From Cetorhinus maximus (taxonomy: Eukaryota), in assembly GCF_964194155.1 (NCBI RefSeq), contig NC_135901.1, positions 26,660,001 to 26,724,000 of the forward strand: a DNA stretch of 64,000 nt, in the 5' to 3' direction. This document shows positions 46,336 to 59,052 of the stretch, in pieces. Position numbers and translations under genes: made by a program. How positions within the stretch are numbered: position 1 is the stretch's first letter; each line of letters begins with the position of its first letter. A model generated the notes under the pieces. The model did no database searches and was not told the origin of the DNA. It was given only the letters and a program-made list of their open reading frames with translations.

Positions 46336-48057
46336 TTTGTAAAACATCCCAAGGTGCTTCACAGATGGCCAAAAGCTTGGCCGAAGAGGTAGATTTCAAG
46401 AAGTATCTTAAAGGAGGAGAGAGAGGTTTAGGGAGGGAATTCCAGAGCTCAGGAACTCGGTAGCTGAAAGCACGGCCACCGATGCTGTCGTGATGGAGGT
46501 AGGGGATGCATTGGATGAGAGCAGGGAGCTCGGAGAGTCATGGGCTGAAGGAGGCTCCAGAGGGGAGGAGGAAGAGGAGGCTCCACAAATAACACCGTTC
46601 TCAACGATGGGAGAGCCCAACACATCAATGCAAAAGATGAGGCTGGAGCATTTGCAACCACCTTCAGCTAGATGTGCTGAGTGGATGATCCATCATGTTC
46701 CCCAGCGTCACAGATGCCAGTCTTCAGCCAATTCGGCTCCACGTGATATTAAGAAGGACTCTGGTCCTCCAGCCAATCAGAGCGCGAGCTTTGCGCTTAT
46801 GAAGATTGAGCTTCACCCCCAACAAATACTTCCTCGCGGGTCCAACATCTGTGCGTAAAGCACTTTCTTCCCTCCCCTTTCCATTTAGTTTCCGATTCTC
46901 GGTTTATTTCTGTTGATTTTAGTTTGATTGTTACAGTAAAAGCTTTTCTCGAGCGAAATCTTGCCCTTTGGTTCATGCCCTTGGAATTGTCTGAGAACTG
47001 GTTTATCGTAGAAGTGACCAGTCTCCATGGAGACCGTGGCAACATCGATATGTCTAGTATTGTTAACATGGTACACATGAGATATATCATTTATGGTTCT
47101 GTAATAAAGTATATTGATTACTATTACTAGTCTTGTAATACATGACTGTAGTTGCCTTATACATTTCCAGTCGTGGGGTCATTACAGCACAGAAGGAGTC
47201 CAATCTGAAACGCGGGCTCTTTCCTCCCCCCTTTCCATTTCTTTGCTGGTTCTGGGTTTGTTTGCTGTCGATTTTAGTTTGGTCGTTACATTAAAGTTTG
47301 TAATCTTGCTCTTCAGTTTACTCCCTCGGTGTTTGCCTGAGAATTGGTTTCTTTTAAAGCCGTCGGTCCCCATGGGGATTGCAACCGCATTGATATGTCC
47401 TGCGTCGTCACACGGTACATATGAGATATGCTATTTGTGCTTCGATCATAAAGTACACATTATTTCTAGCCTTGTCGTATAGTCCTGTGGCAATGGCATA
47501 TATTTCCAGTCGGAGAGCCATTGTGGCACAGAAGGTGCCCATTCGGCCACTCGTGGCCCATGCCGACTCTCTGTGGAGCAATCCAGTCAGTCCCATTCCT
47601 CCTCTATATCCCCATTCCCCAGCAAGTTTATTTCCTTCAAGTGCCCGTCCAATTTCATTTTGAAACCGTTCGTCTTGGCAACCACCAGGCTCATAGGCAG
47701 CAAGCTCCAGGACACGGCCACTCGCTGCTTAAATAAAGTTTTTCCTCACATTGTCTCCTGTATTTCTAATCAATCAATGTAGTACTGTATATCGCACACA
47801 TTTTTAGTCCAGTTTTATCCATATATGAAATATATACGTATGGCGAACAGCCTGCATGAAGATTTTCTTATCTTTGTGTCCCAGACAGAAAGCGGTGAAT
47901 TGGGAAGGTGTATATTCGGTACCAACAGAGTGAGAATGGAGGGAGTGTGTGTGTGGGGCTGGAGATTTACAGCTTCAGGGGAACGAGAGACAAAAGAATG
48001 TTCCATCGAAGCCAGAATTGCCTATTCGGCGCTGACTTTTGCAACTCCTTTTCTCAG

Positions 48058-48885
48058 GATATTAGAAGGGGAGGATCTACAGACAGAAACCTCAAACCGA
48101 ACATCACATCATTTTCTGACAGAGCCACTCAAGATTCATCGGGACCTGAATTTCACTGACCACTGATTCTTGGAGGAGAAGTGTGTGTCTGTTCTGTCTG
48201 CTTCAAAAGGTTTTAAACATCAGTGTGACTGGAAAAGCACCAAGACACACACACACCCCTCCCAAGTGAGAGTGACCCAGTTCACTCAGAGAATTTTACA
48301 GTCTGAAAATACATCGCACCACTCAGAGCAGGGAGAGACCAGACCAGAACTGTTGCGTGTGTGGACGAAGCTTGAACTGCCCGTTGAAACAGGAGAGACA
48401 GAAGGATACGCGCACCATGGAGGAGGAAAAAGTGCTGGAAGCTCATTGATGTGTTCACACTGGGGAGGGGCCTTTCACCTGCTCTGTGTGTGGGAAGGGC
48501 TTCACTCAGTTATCCAGCCTGCAGACACACAATCACATTCGCACTGGGGAGTGTCAATTCACCTGCTCTGTGTGTGGGAAGGGCTTCACTCGGTTATCCA
48601 GCCTGCTGAGACACCTTGGTGGCCACACCAATGAGAGACCTCTCCAATGCTCTGACCGTGGGGGGTGACTTTAAGAACTCTGAGGAACTAATGGTCCACC
48701 AGCGCATTCACACTGAGGAGAGACTGTTCAACTGCTCTTGCTGCACAAAGTGGTTTAGAACGTCATCCAGCCTGAGCAGACACCAGCGAGTTCACACCGG
48801 GGACAAGCCATTCATCTGCTCTGTGTGCGGGAGGGGATTCACTCAGACATCCACCCTGCAGAGACACCGGCGAGCTCACAAGTGA
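48058..48885 (+). pseudogene. C2H2 ZNF-7 pseudogene (decayed leader plus about 5 fingers, frameshifted)
   Basis: Acceptor ttttctcag at 48057; accATGg at 48417 followed by a deleted first finger; fingers split over ORFs 48486..48668 and 48616..48885. Confidence 0.82.
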
Positions 48886-49164
48886 TTACAGGGGTTGGTT
48901 TCTGCTGTTATTGCTGCTGTTAATCACATCCAGGACTGAACCATGTTCATTCTGACAGTTGGTGAAGTGGGAGGGTCGGAGGGTTTCTTTCTGCTGGACT
49001 GGCCGGTCTCATGACCTTGCTTCCCGTGGCCTGATGTTCTTTGAGCCTGGGAGGGCACATTTCCAATGAAATTATCCACAAAAGCTGATGGAGGACATTT
49101 ATTTATCCTGGATAGTAAATAGTGTTTTTCCTACCACTACAGTTAGATCTAAAGTATATACATT

Positions 49165-50475
49165 TGACTCTGTTCCATTGAGTCTACAGCACGGGGCCAG
49201 GCCAGTCAGCACAATTGGTCTCTGTCAGTATTTATGCTCCACATGAGCCTCCACTCACCCCTCTTCATCTCCCCCTATCAGCACATCCTTCTATTCCTTT
49301 CTCCCTCGTGTTTGTATCTAGCTTCCCCTTAAATGTATTTATGCTATTCACCTCAACCACTGGCTGTGGTAGTGAGTTCCACATTCTCACCACTCGCTGG
49401 GTAAAGAGGTTTCTCATGACATCCCTACTGGATTATTGAACCCTTTCATAATCTTAAAGACTTCCATCAGGTCACCCTTCAGTCTTCTCTTTTCCAGAGA
49501 AAAGCAGCCCCAGTCTTTCCTGAGGGTTAAATGCTCTCAGTTCTGGTATTATTCTTGTGAATCTTTGTTGCCCCTTCTCCAGTGCCTCTATTTCCTCTTT
49601 TTAAATGGAGATCGCAAATGTTGACAGTCCTCCCAGTGTAGTCTAACCATGGTTCGAAACATGTTGAACATAACCTCCCTGCTTTTCAATTCTATCCCTC
49701 CAGAATGGAACCCTATATCTGGGCCCCGCACTTTAGGAAAGATGTGAAGGGCTCAGAGAGGATGCAGAGGAGATTTACGAGAACGGCACCAGAGATGAGG
49801 TACTCCAGTTAGCTGGAGGGACAGGAGCAGCTGAAATTGTTCTCTTTGGGTCACACATTTACTGGGGCAGTGAAGCAGGCCATTCGGCCCATCGAGTCCA
49901 GGCTGACTCGGTAGAACAAAGCAATCAGTCCTAATGGCCCGTTCTATTCCCAAAGACCGGCAAATTTATGTCCCTCACGCCGATCCAATTTCCTTCTCAG
50001 ATTGTTCATCGTCTCCACTTCCACCAACCTCGTAGACAGAGAGTTCCAGGTCATTACCGCTCATTGAATAAAAATGTTTTTCCTTCTATCCCTCCCCTAT
50101 ATCTCCTGGCCAAATCTCTAAATCTGTCCCCCTAATCCTTGTACCATCAGCTGATGGGAACAGCTTTTCTCTGTCCGCCTTATCCAAACCTGTCAGAATC
50201 TTCTACACCTCTATCAAATCTCCCCTCCACCTCCTTTCCTCCAAGGAGAACAACCCCAGTTTCTCCAACCTGACCTCGCGGTTAAAATCCCTCATCCCTG
50301 GAACCATTCTGGTAAATCTCCTCTCCACCCACTCAGGGACCCTCACACCCTTCCTCAAGTGTGGTGACCAGATCTGGATACAATAATGTATTTGGTTCTA
50401 TCCGGAACTTTATAAAAGGTTCAGCGTAACTTCCCTCTTTTTGTACTCAGTACCTCTATTTCTGAAGCCCAAGAT
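49165..50475. mobile_element. several old CR1 fragments, mostly minus strand
   Basis: agtgagttccacattctcaccactcgctgggtaaagaggtt; aaatctcccctccacctcctttcctccaaggagaacaacccc; ggaaccattctggtaaatctcctc. Confidence 0.7.
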
Positions 50476-51744
50476 TCTATCAATCCGCGAATCCTCCCAG
50501 CAACACCTATGGCAGGCGGTAAGAGTGGGAGCAACTCCGGCTCAGACAGGCTTGATGTGGATTGGTGCCCCTCAAGCGATACCCTCTGGCTTCAGGCTAG
50601 TGATCTGTTCAGGGAAAGAAACAATCCAGGAGAAACAGCCGGAAGCAGGTGCTTTGTCTGCCACGTGTGTATCACGACACGGGAAGTCTTTGAAGCCGGA
50701 GATCCCGCTTGCTTTGCTAATTCCTCTCTCAATCACCCCACCACCTTCAATGATCTCTGCACATGAACCCCCAGGGAGCCTCTGTCCCTGCTCACTCTTT
50801 GGAACTGTGCCAGTCAGTCTATGTTGCCTCTGCCTGTCCCTTCCGCCAAACCACATCGCCTCACGCTTCTCTATTAAATTCCATCTGCCACTTCAGAGAA
50901 TGTTAAGGGGAGATTTAAGTGTTAAGCTAAACGTAGAGCAGAGGAGACGCTGCTTTCTTTAATCTGTCACCCACAATTGAAGATGAGCCTCCTCCCTTTA
51001 AACATACGAGGATGGTGGAGCACAGAAGGAGGCCATTCGGCCCATCGTGCTCATGCCAGCTCTTTGAATCAGCGACCCAATTAATCCCATAGCTCTGCAA
51101 TTTTCTTATCCTTTACCTGTTTAAAGGTCCCACCATTTGCCTCCAGTGCCAAAATCTGCTAATAAGAAAACCATAGTATAAATAAATGCACTGGACTGAC
51201 AAATGTTGAAGTGTTGGCTTAGAGCCACAAGTTTAAATTCTCATTTGAGCGTCTGGCACCTTTCTGACTCCCTATTGCTCGTGTCACTGACAGCCAGGCG
51301 ACGGAGCTGAGGGCTGAACTGATCAGAGAATATCAGGGTCTGCGCCCCAGGTGGGAAACTGCCATGGGCGTCGCACTGATAGAGAGACAGGGAGGTGCCG
51401 GAGGACTGACTGGGAAATGGGCCTCCAACCAGCTGGGGCAGGAGGGGCCGACCGGGGCTGATGGTGACGGGACCCCCGGGGGTTCAGTGCCCCTGTGACC
51501 AAAGCAGAGAGAGTCATGGAAACAGGGCACGGAGGAGCCGAACAGAAACCATTCGGATCCAGAACATTGTGGCACATCCTTTTACTCTGACTGTCTTTGA
51601 CCCTGAAATAATTTTCTGTGTTTCTGACCATGAATAAACTTTTTTCAGTAATAATATTTGATTTGGCTGGGATTTTCATGAGCAAATTTATGCATTTTCA
51701 GAGAAAACAGGTAAGAGGGGCAGGCAAGCTCTAAGTGAGTCCCT

Positions 51745-54272
51745 CTAAATCGGGAAATAATGGAGGTGTGTAAGAAAGGCGCTACAATTGTCATGGGTGA
51801 TTTTAATCTGCATATTGACTGGACAAATCAGATTGGCAGGGGTAACATGGAAGACGAATTTGTTGAGTGCATCAGGGATTGTTTCTTAGAGCAATACGTT
51901 GCAGAACCTACCCGGGAACAGGCTATTTTAGATCTAGTAATGTGTAATGAGGTGGGATTAATAAGAGGTCTCATAGTTAAGGATCCTGAAGGGGGTTGCG
52001 ATCACAACATGGTAGAACTTCAAATTCAGTTTGAGGGTGAGCAACTCGGGTCTCAAACCAGTGTCCTCAACTTAAATAAGGGCAATCACAGAGCTATGAA
52101 GAAAGAGTTGTCTAATGTGGGCTGGGGAAAACAGACCAAGGGGAAGGTCAGTGGATGAGCAATGGCAGACATTTAAGCAGATATTTCCTAATGCTCAGCA
52201 AAAATTTATCCCAGTCAAAAGGAAGGACTCGATAAGAAGGATGAATCACCCGTGGTTAACAAAGGTGGCCAAGGAGCGAATCCAATCAAAAACTAAAGCA
52301 TACAAAGTGGCAAAAACTAGTGGTAGGAATTTTTAGGAACCAGCAGCAGATGACTAAAAAGCTAATAAAGGGGGAGAAAATTGATTATGAAAGTAAATTG
52401 GCAAGAAATATAGAAACAAACAGCAAGAGCCTCTACGGGTATATATAAAAAGAGAGAGAGTAGCTAAAGTGAGCATGGGACCCTTAACAGATGCGACTGG
52501 AGAATTGATAAAGGGGAACAGGGAACAGGGAAATGGCAGATCATTTAAACCAATATTTTGCATTGGTCTTCACGGTATAAAAGTTCCAAAGATATCAGAT
52601 AAGCAAGGAGCTAATGGGAGGAAAGATCTTGTGACATTCTCCGTCACGAGGGACAAAGTATTTGACAAACTAATGGGACTAAAAGCAAACAAGTTGCCAG
52701 GACCTGATGACCTGCATCCAAGGGTTTTAAAGGAAGTGGCTGCAGAGGTAGTGGAGGCATTGGTCGAAATATTCCAGAACTGGTTGGATTCCAGGAGGGT
52801 CCCAGCAGATTGGAAAACTGCTAATGTGATGCCCCTGTTCAAGAAGGAAGGGAGAAAAAAAGCAGGAAACTATAGGCTAGTCAGCCTAACATCTGTCATT
52901 GGGCAGATGTTATTGGACAGAGTTCATTATTAAGGAAGAAAGAGCAGGACATTTAGAAAAGCTTAACGTAATCAAGCAGAGTCAACGTGGTTTTGTGAAA
53001 GGGAAATCATGTTTGACAAATTTTCTAGAGTTCTTTGAGTATATAACAAGCAGAGTTGATAAAGGGGAACCAGTAGATGTAGTGTATTTGGATTTCCAGA
53101 AAGCATTCGATAAGGTGCCACATAAAAGGTTATTGCACAAGATCAGAACTCACGGTATTGCGGGCAATGCATTACCATAGGTTGAGGATTGGTTAACACA
53201 CTGAAGACAGAGAGTAGAGATTAATGGGTATTTCTCAGGTTAGAAAGACGCAACTCGTGGGATGCCACAAAGATCAGTCCTAGGGCCTCAATTATTTGCT
53301 AACTATATTAACGTCTTGGAGGAGGGGGCAGAGTGTAATGTATCCAAATTTGATAACGATACAAAAATAGTTATGATGAGGACATAAGAAACCGGCAAGG
53401 GGATATAGACAGGTTGAGTGAGTGGCAAAAGTTTGGCAGATAGAGTTTAATGTAGGAAAGTGTGAGGTCATGTACTTTGTTAGGAAGAATCAAAAGGCAG
53501 ACTATTATTTAAATGGAGAGAGACTCCAAAAAAACTGCAGCACAGAGGGATCTGGGTGTCCTTGTGCATGAAACACAAAAAGTTAGCATGCAGGTGCAGC
53601 AAGTAATTAAGAAGGCAAATGGAATTTTGGCCTGTATTACTAGGGGGTTGGAGTTTAAAAATAGTCTTGTTACAACCGTACAGGGTGTTGGCGAGGCCGC
53701 ACCTGGAGTACTGTGTACAGTTTTGGTCCCTGTATTTAAGAAAGGATATACTGGCATTGGAGACAGTTCAAAAGAGATTCACTAGGCTGATTCCTGGGAT
53801 GCCGGGGTTGACTTATCAAGAACAGCTAAACAGGTTAGGCCTTTATTCATTACAGTTTAGAAGAATGAGGGGTGATCTTATTGAAATGTACAAGGTTCTG
53901 AGGGGGTTTGACAGGGTAGATGTTGGGAAGATGTTTCCACTAGTGGGGGAAACTCGAACGAGGGGGACACAGTTACAGAATAAGGGGACACTCATTTAAA
54001 ACTGAGAGGCAAAGGAATTTCTTCTCTCAGAGGGCAGTGAATGTCTGGAATTCTCTACCCCAGGGAGTTATGGAGACCAGATCACTGAAAGTATTTCAAG
54101 AGGAGGTAGATAGATCTGTGAAATATTGGAGAGTTGAGGGTTATGAGGAGCAAGGCATGAAAGAGGAGTTGAGGCATGGGGCAGATCAACCATGATGTTA
54201 TTGAAAGGCGGGGCAGGCTTGAGGGGCTGAATAGCCTGCTCCTGCTCCTATTTCATATGCCCTTATATTCTA
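51745..54272 (+). mobile_element. long CR1 LINE (endonuclease C-terminal half through RT and 3' UTR), frameshifted
   Basis: IVMGDFNLHIDW, EPTREQAILDLV, PGPDDLHPRVLKE, NYRLVSLTS, YLDFQKAFDKVPH, RPHLEYCVQFW. Confidence 0.94.
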
Positions 54273-54634
54273 AGGTAATTGGCAAAGCAGCCAACCGGGC
54301 AACATGATTTTTTTTTGATGCAGAGACATTAGAAAATGGCATTTGGGGAGTCAATTAACCCTTTTCTCAAACTCAGAAGTTATTCAAGATGATAACTCTG
54401 ACAATGACAGTGAACATTCAATTTTGTTATGTTTTTAAATACTTTTGGGAATATGGTGGTATTTTGTATAAAAAAAAGGCTGTGAGTGTGTGTGTCATGA
54501 AAATATAATGATTCATTCATTTTCATAATATCTTTCTGGTTTATTGTGAAGTAGGTTTATGGGGTAAGTATAGTTGGGTCCGTCTGCCTATGATTTAGTT
54601 ACATTTGGAGTCAAGTGGACTGAAAGCTTTAACT

Positions 54635-55194
54635 TAAACAAAAACAGAATTACCTGGAAAAACTCAGCAGGTCTGGCAGCATCGGCGGAGAAGGAAAGAG
54701 TTGACGTTTCGAGTCTTCATGACCCTTCAGCAGAACTGAGTATAGTTAGGAGAGGGGTGAAATATTAGCTGGTTTAAGGTGGGGGGGGGAGCGGGGAGAG
54801 AGAAGTTGGAGGGGGCGGGTGGTTATAGGGACAAGCAAGCAGTGATAGGAGCAGATAATCAAAAGATGTCACAGACAAAAGGAACAAAGAGGTGTTGAAG
54901 GTAGTGATATTATCTAAGAAAATGTGCTAATTAAGAATGATTATTATTAAGAATGATAAGAATTGATTATCTGCTCCTATCACTGCTTGCTTGTCCCTAC
55001 AACCACCCCCCACCCCCCAACTTCTCTCCCCCCCCCAACCCCCCTTAAACCAGTTTATATTTCAAGGGTCATGAGGACTCAAAACGTCAACTCTTTTCTT
55101 CTCCGCCGATGCTGCCAGACCTGCTGAGTTTTTACAGGCAATTCTGTTTTTGTTTTGGATTTCCAGCATCCGCAGTAGTTTTTTGTTTTTATGT
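54635..55194. mobile_element. Penelope-derived foldback element inserted in the 5' LTR
   Basis: Inverted arms 54637-54870 and 54962-55156; 11-bp TSD aagctttaact (54624-54634, 55195-55205); absent from the 3' LTR. Confidence 0.85.
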
Positions 55195-56867
55195 AAGCTT
55201 TAACTCATCACCTGACATGCTAATGGGTGAACATGGATGCTATCTTGGCATGTCAGGTGTGAAGTGAATTTGCATTTTTAGACAGATTACGGGAGATTCG
55301 GATTTCAAAGGGATTTTAGTCTGTTTACAACCAGCCAGACAAGCAGGGCTAAGGAATGTGTTTATTTTTCCCAAAGGTTATTGGCAATAAATAGTAGCAA
55401 CATGAAAGAATATTGTGAGGAAGATACAGTTTCAAAGACATATGAAACAATAGAATTTACATATGAAAAGAGAGAAACATATATAAGGGAGAATGAGGCT
55501 ATGTGTCAGGAGAAGACCCATGTGAGAACTAACAGAAGTGTGTGAAATAGCCTTAATGAAGCCTCCCACATTTGTGCATAAATCTGCTGTCTACCGAAAC
55601 TGAAGCTGGAGAAAAGCCATTTGGAATCCCATTGTCCAGAGTATTGTGTTAATTTGTTGGATCTGTTTAAAATCTAAAATGTATTTTTGGACCGTGGCCT
55701 TAAAGGGGGTGTAACTGGGAGTCAGGTTAATTAGGGACTTTAGGAATTACAGAAGTAGTTAAGTCTCATGTATGTGCTTGACAGCTCTTATTTTGTTAAT
55801 AAATATTTTAATTTAATTTTTCAAATGTCTAAAGGGCTTGGTGGGCTGATTACTTCTGAATTCAGTGCACACATCTTGAAATAAATACAAATTGCAAAAT
55901 TGTTGTGATAACGCGACCAAGTTTCCCTCGTGGATTTGGTCTGCCAGGCACACATCATCTGCTGTGTCATTACAAATTGGGGGCTCTTTGTGGGATGTTT
56001 GAAAATCTTTGCTTGGTTTGGGGTTGGTGAATCTTAATGTTACGAGTATGAGAAGCACTTTTAATTCAGGAGTTGGTGCGAGGGATTTTTAAAGTGGTGA
56101 GATAAAATGGCTGTATTGATGGCTAATTCTTTTGGAATTAGATGATATAACTCTGGTTGGGTTACAAAAAGTACCTAAGGGTAAGTTAACAGAATTGGCG
56201 GATAAGTTGCGATTGAGGTTACCTCTAGGGGCAAAGAAAGCAAACATAGTTGAAGCGATAACACAGCATTTGAAGTTGGAAGTGATACCTGACACTAGTG
56301 AGTCACAGCTGGAGGTAGTGAGGCTTCAGTTACAAATGAAGAAGCTTCATTTTAAACAAGCAATGGAAATGAAAAAAAACCTTGAATTAGAGGCAGCAGA
56401 GAAAAAGGGCAGAGAAAGAGAAAGAAAGGGGAAAACAGAGAGTATTTCAAAGAGAAATAGAAATGCGGAAACTTGACCTCCAGGGAGGAAAGTTAGCAAT
56501 GGAGGAGAGAGAGAAGGAAAGAGAAAGAGAGTACCAGCTTAAAAAGCTGGACTTTAAAAAAGAGGCCTCACATGCAGAGGAAGGTTCTAATGATGAAAAA
56601 AACCTTCTACCTAAAACCCAGCAAGGAGATGTTTAACTTTGTGCAAGCTCTTCTAAAGTTCAAATAAAGGGATGTGGAGGTGTTCTTTATTTCATTTGAG
56701 AAGATAGCTAATCAGATGAAGCGGCCACAAGGAAACTGGACATTGCTTTTACGGTCTAGGTTAGTGGGTAGAGCTCATGAGGTTTATGCTTCACTGTCAG
56801 AATAAGTGTCAGTGGATTATGATGTGGTAAAACAAAAGGCTATTTTGAGTGCATATGACTGGTTGCT

Positions 56868-57133
56868 GAGGCATACAGACAGAAGTTTAGGAATATAAGG
56901 AAACAGCCCGGGCAAACTTATATTGAGTTTGAGAGAGTAAAACAAAGTAATTTTGATCGGTGGATACGGTCATTAAAAGTAGAAACAACATATGCAGTTC
57001 TTAGAGAAGCAATTCTTTTGGAATAACTTAAATATTCAATTCCTTCAGTAATGAGAACTCATGTGGAGGAACAGAGGGTTAAAATGGTAAGTCAACAAGC
57101 AGAGATAGCTGATGTTTATGAGTTAGTTCATAG
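56868..57133 (+). pseudogene. SCAN-like capsid segment of the Gmr1-like Gag (one internal stop)
   Basis: Hand translation: EAYRQKFRNIRKQPGQTYIEFERVKQSNFDRWIRSLKVETTYAVLREAILLE*LKYSIPSVMRTHVEEQRVKMVSQQAEIADVYELVH. Confidence 0.7.
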
Positions 57134-58219
57134 ATCTAAACCTTCTTTTTGACACCCTTTTAAATCCAAGGAGGATATAAAGCGGGAAGGTGAAAGGAAG
57201 GTAGGTAGTCAGGGAAGAGAGGGAGTAGGTGGAAATTCCCAGGAAGTTTTTTCTCAGACTAAAAAGGAAAGTGCTGAAGGTAGAAGTGACACTCAAAAAT
57301 TGAGGTGTTTTCATTGTAATAAAGTTGGGCACACCAAGTCAATGTGTTGGAAATTACAGGGAAAATCTGTTGCAATTATTGGGATGCAGAAAAGTTTTGG
57401 AAGTAAAAGTACTGTGGGTTCTGAGGTCCAGGCACAGAAAAACCACTGGTTTGTGGACAGGCAAAGCAGGAAAGAATCAGTGATAGGTAAAGAAATGGGA
57501 ATGTGTTCATAATTTATCCAAGGGAGTTCTGAGGAGCAGATTGCAGAAATGTTTAAAGATTTTGTATGTGAAGGGGAAGTATTTCCATGTGTACAGGGTG
57601 GAGCAGGTAAAGATATTCAAATTCTAAGAGACACAGGGGCTAGTCAATCCTTAATGTTATGGGATAGTGATATTTGTTGTTCAGAGGGGCTATTGCAGTG
57701 AGGTTCATGGAGACACCACACCTATTCCATTGTGGAAGGTAAATTTAAAGAGTAAGTGGAAAACAGGTGAGGTGATTGTTGGAGTAATGGAAAAATTGCC
57801 CATTGCAGGGGTTCAATTTATTTTGGGTAATGATAAAGCTGGGTCACAAATATGGGTGATGCCTACAGTAGTTGAGCAGCCTGTAGAGGTGCTTTCAACA
57901 GAAGTGATGCAGAAAGAGCATCCTGGATTTTTTCCCGATTGTGTGGTAATGGGATCACAAGCTCACAGGTTGAAACGAGAAGAAGAGGAAGTTAAAAGGC
58001 AGGGAAAATGTGTTGAAGTTCAATTGGCTGATACAATCTTTGATAAGATTAACCGGGAAGAAAGAATGGACGAGAATGTGGGTGAAGTGTTTAGCTCAAG
58101 GCAGTTGATAGAGTTAAAGCAAATGGATCCACGAATAAAAGTTATATCAGACAACTTCCTCAGAAACAGAGGCAAAATGCATTCATTCCTTAAGGATAAT
58201 GTGTTAATGGACTGATGAA

Positions 58220-59052
58220 GCACTCCATGCCCAAATGCAACAAGACCTGGACAATATCCAGGCTTGGGCTGACAAGTGGCAAGTAACATTCACGTCATAC
58301 AAGTATCAGGCAATGACTATCTCCAACAAGAGAGAATCCAACTGTTGCCCCTTGATGTTCAATGGCATTACCATCATTGAATCCCCCACTATCAACATCC
58401 TGGGGGTTACCATTGACCAGAATCTGAATTGGACTAGCCATATAAATCCGGTGGCAAGAGCAGGTCAGAGGCTAGGAATCATGCAATGGATAACTCACTT
58501 CCTGATTCCCCAAAGCCTGTCTGCCATCTACAAGGCACAAGTCAGAAGTGTGATGGAATACTCCTCACTTGCCTGGATGAGTGCAGCTCCCACAACACTC
58601 AAGAAGCTGCACACCATCCAGGACAGAGCAGTCCGCTTGATTGGCACCACATCCAAAAACTCCCTCCACCACTGATGCACAGTAGCAGCAGTGTGTACCA
58701 TCTACAGGATGCGCTGCAGGAATTCACCAAGGCTCCTCAGACAGCACCTTCCAAACCCACGACCACTACCACTTAGAAGGACAAGGGCAGCAGATAGATG
58801 GGAACACCACCACCTGGAAATTCCCCTCCAAGTCACTCCCATCCTGACTTGGAAGTATATTGCTGTTCCTTCACTGATGCTGGGTCAAAATCATGGAGCT
58901 CCCTTCCTAACAGCACTGTGGGTGTACCTACACCACATGGGCTGCAGCAGTTCAATAAGGCAGCTCACCCCACCTTCTGAAGGGCAACCAGGGATGGGCA
59001 ATAAATGCTGGCCCAGCCAACGAAGCCCACATCCCGTGAACGAATTTTTAAA
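58220..59052 (+). mobile_element. CR1/L2-group LINE 3' fragment nested between protease and integrase
   Basis: QQDLDNIQAWADKWQVTF, ILGVTIDQNLNWTSHIN, YKAQVRSVMEYSSLAW. Confidence 0.85.
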
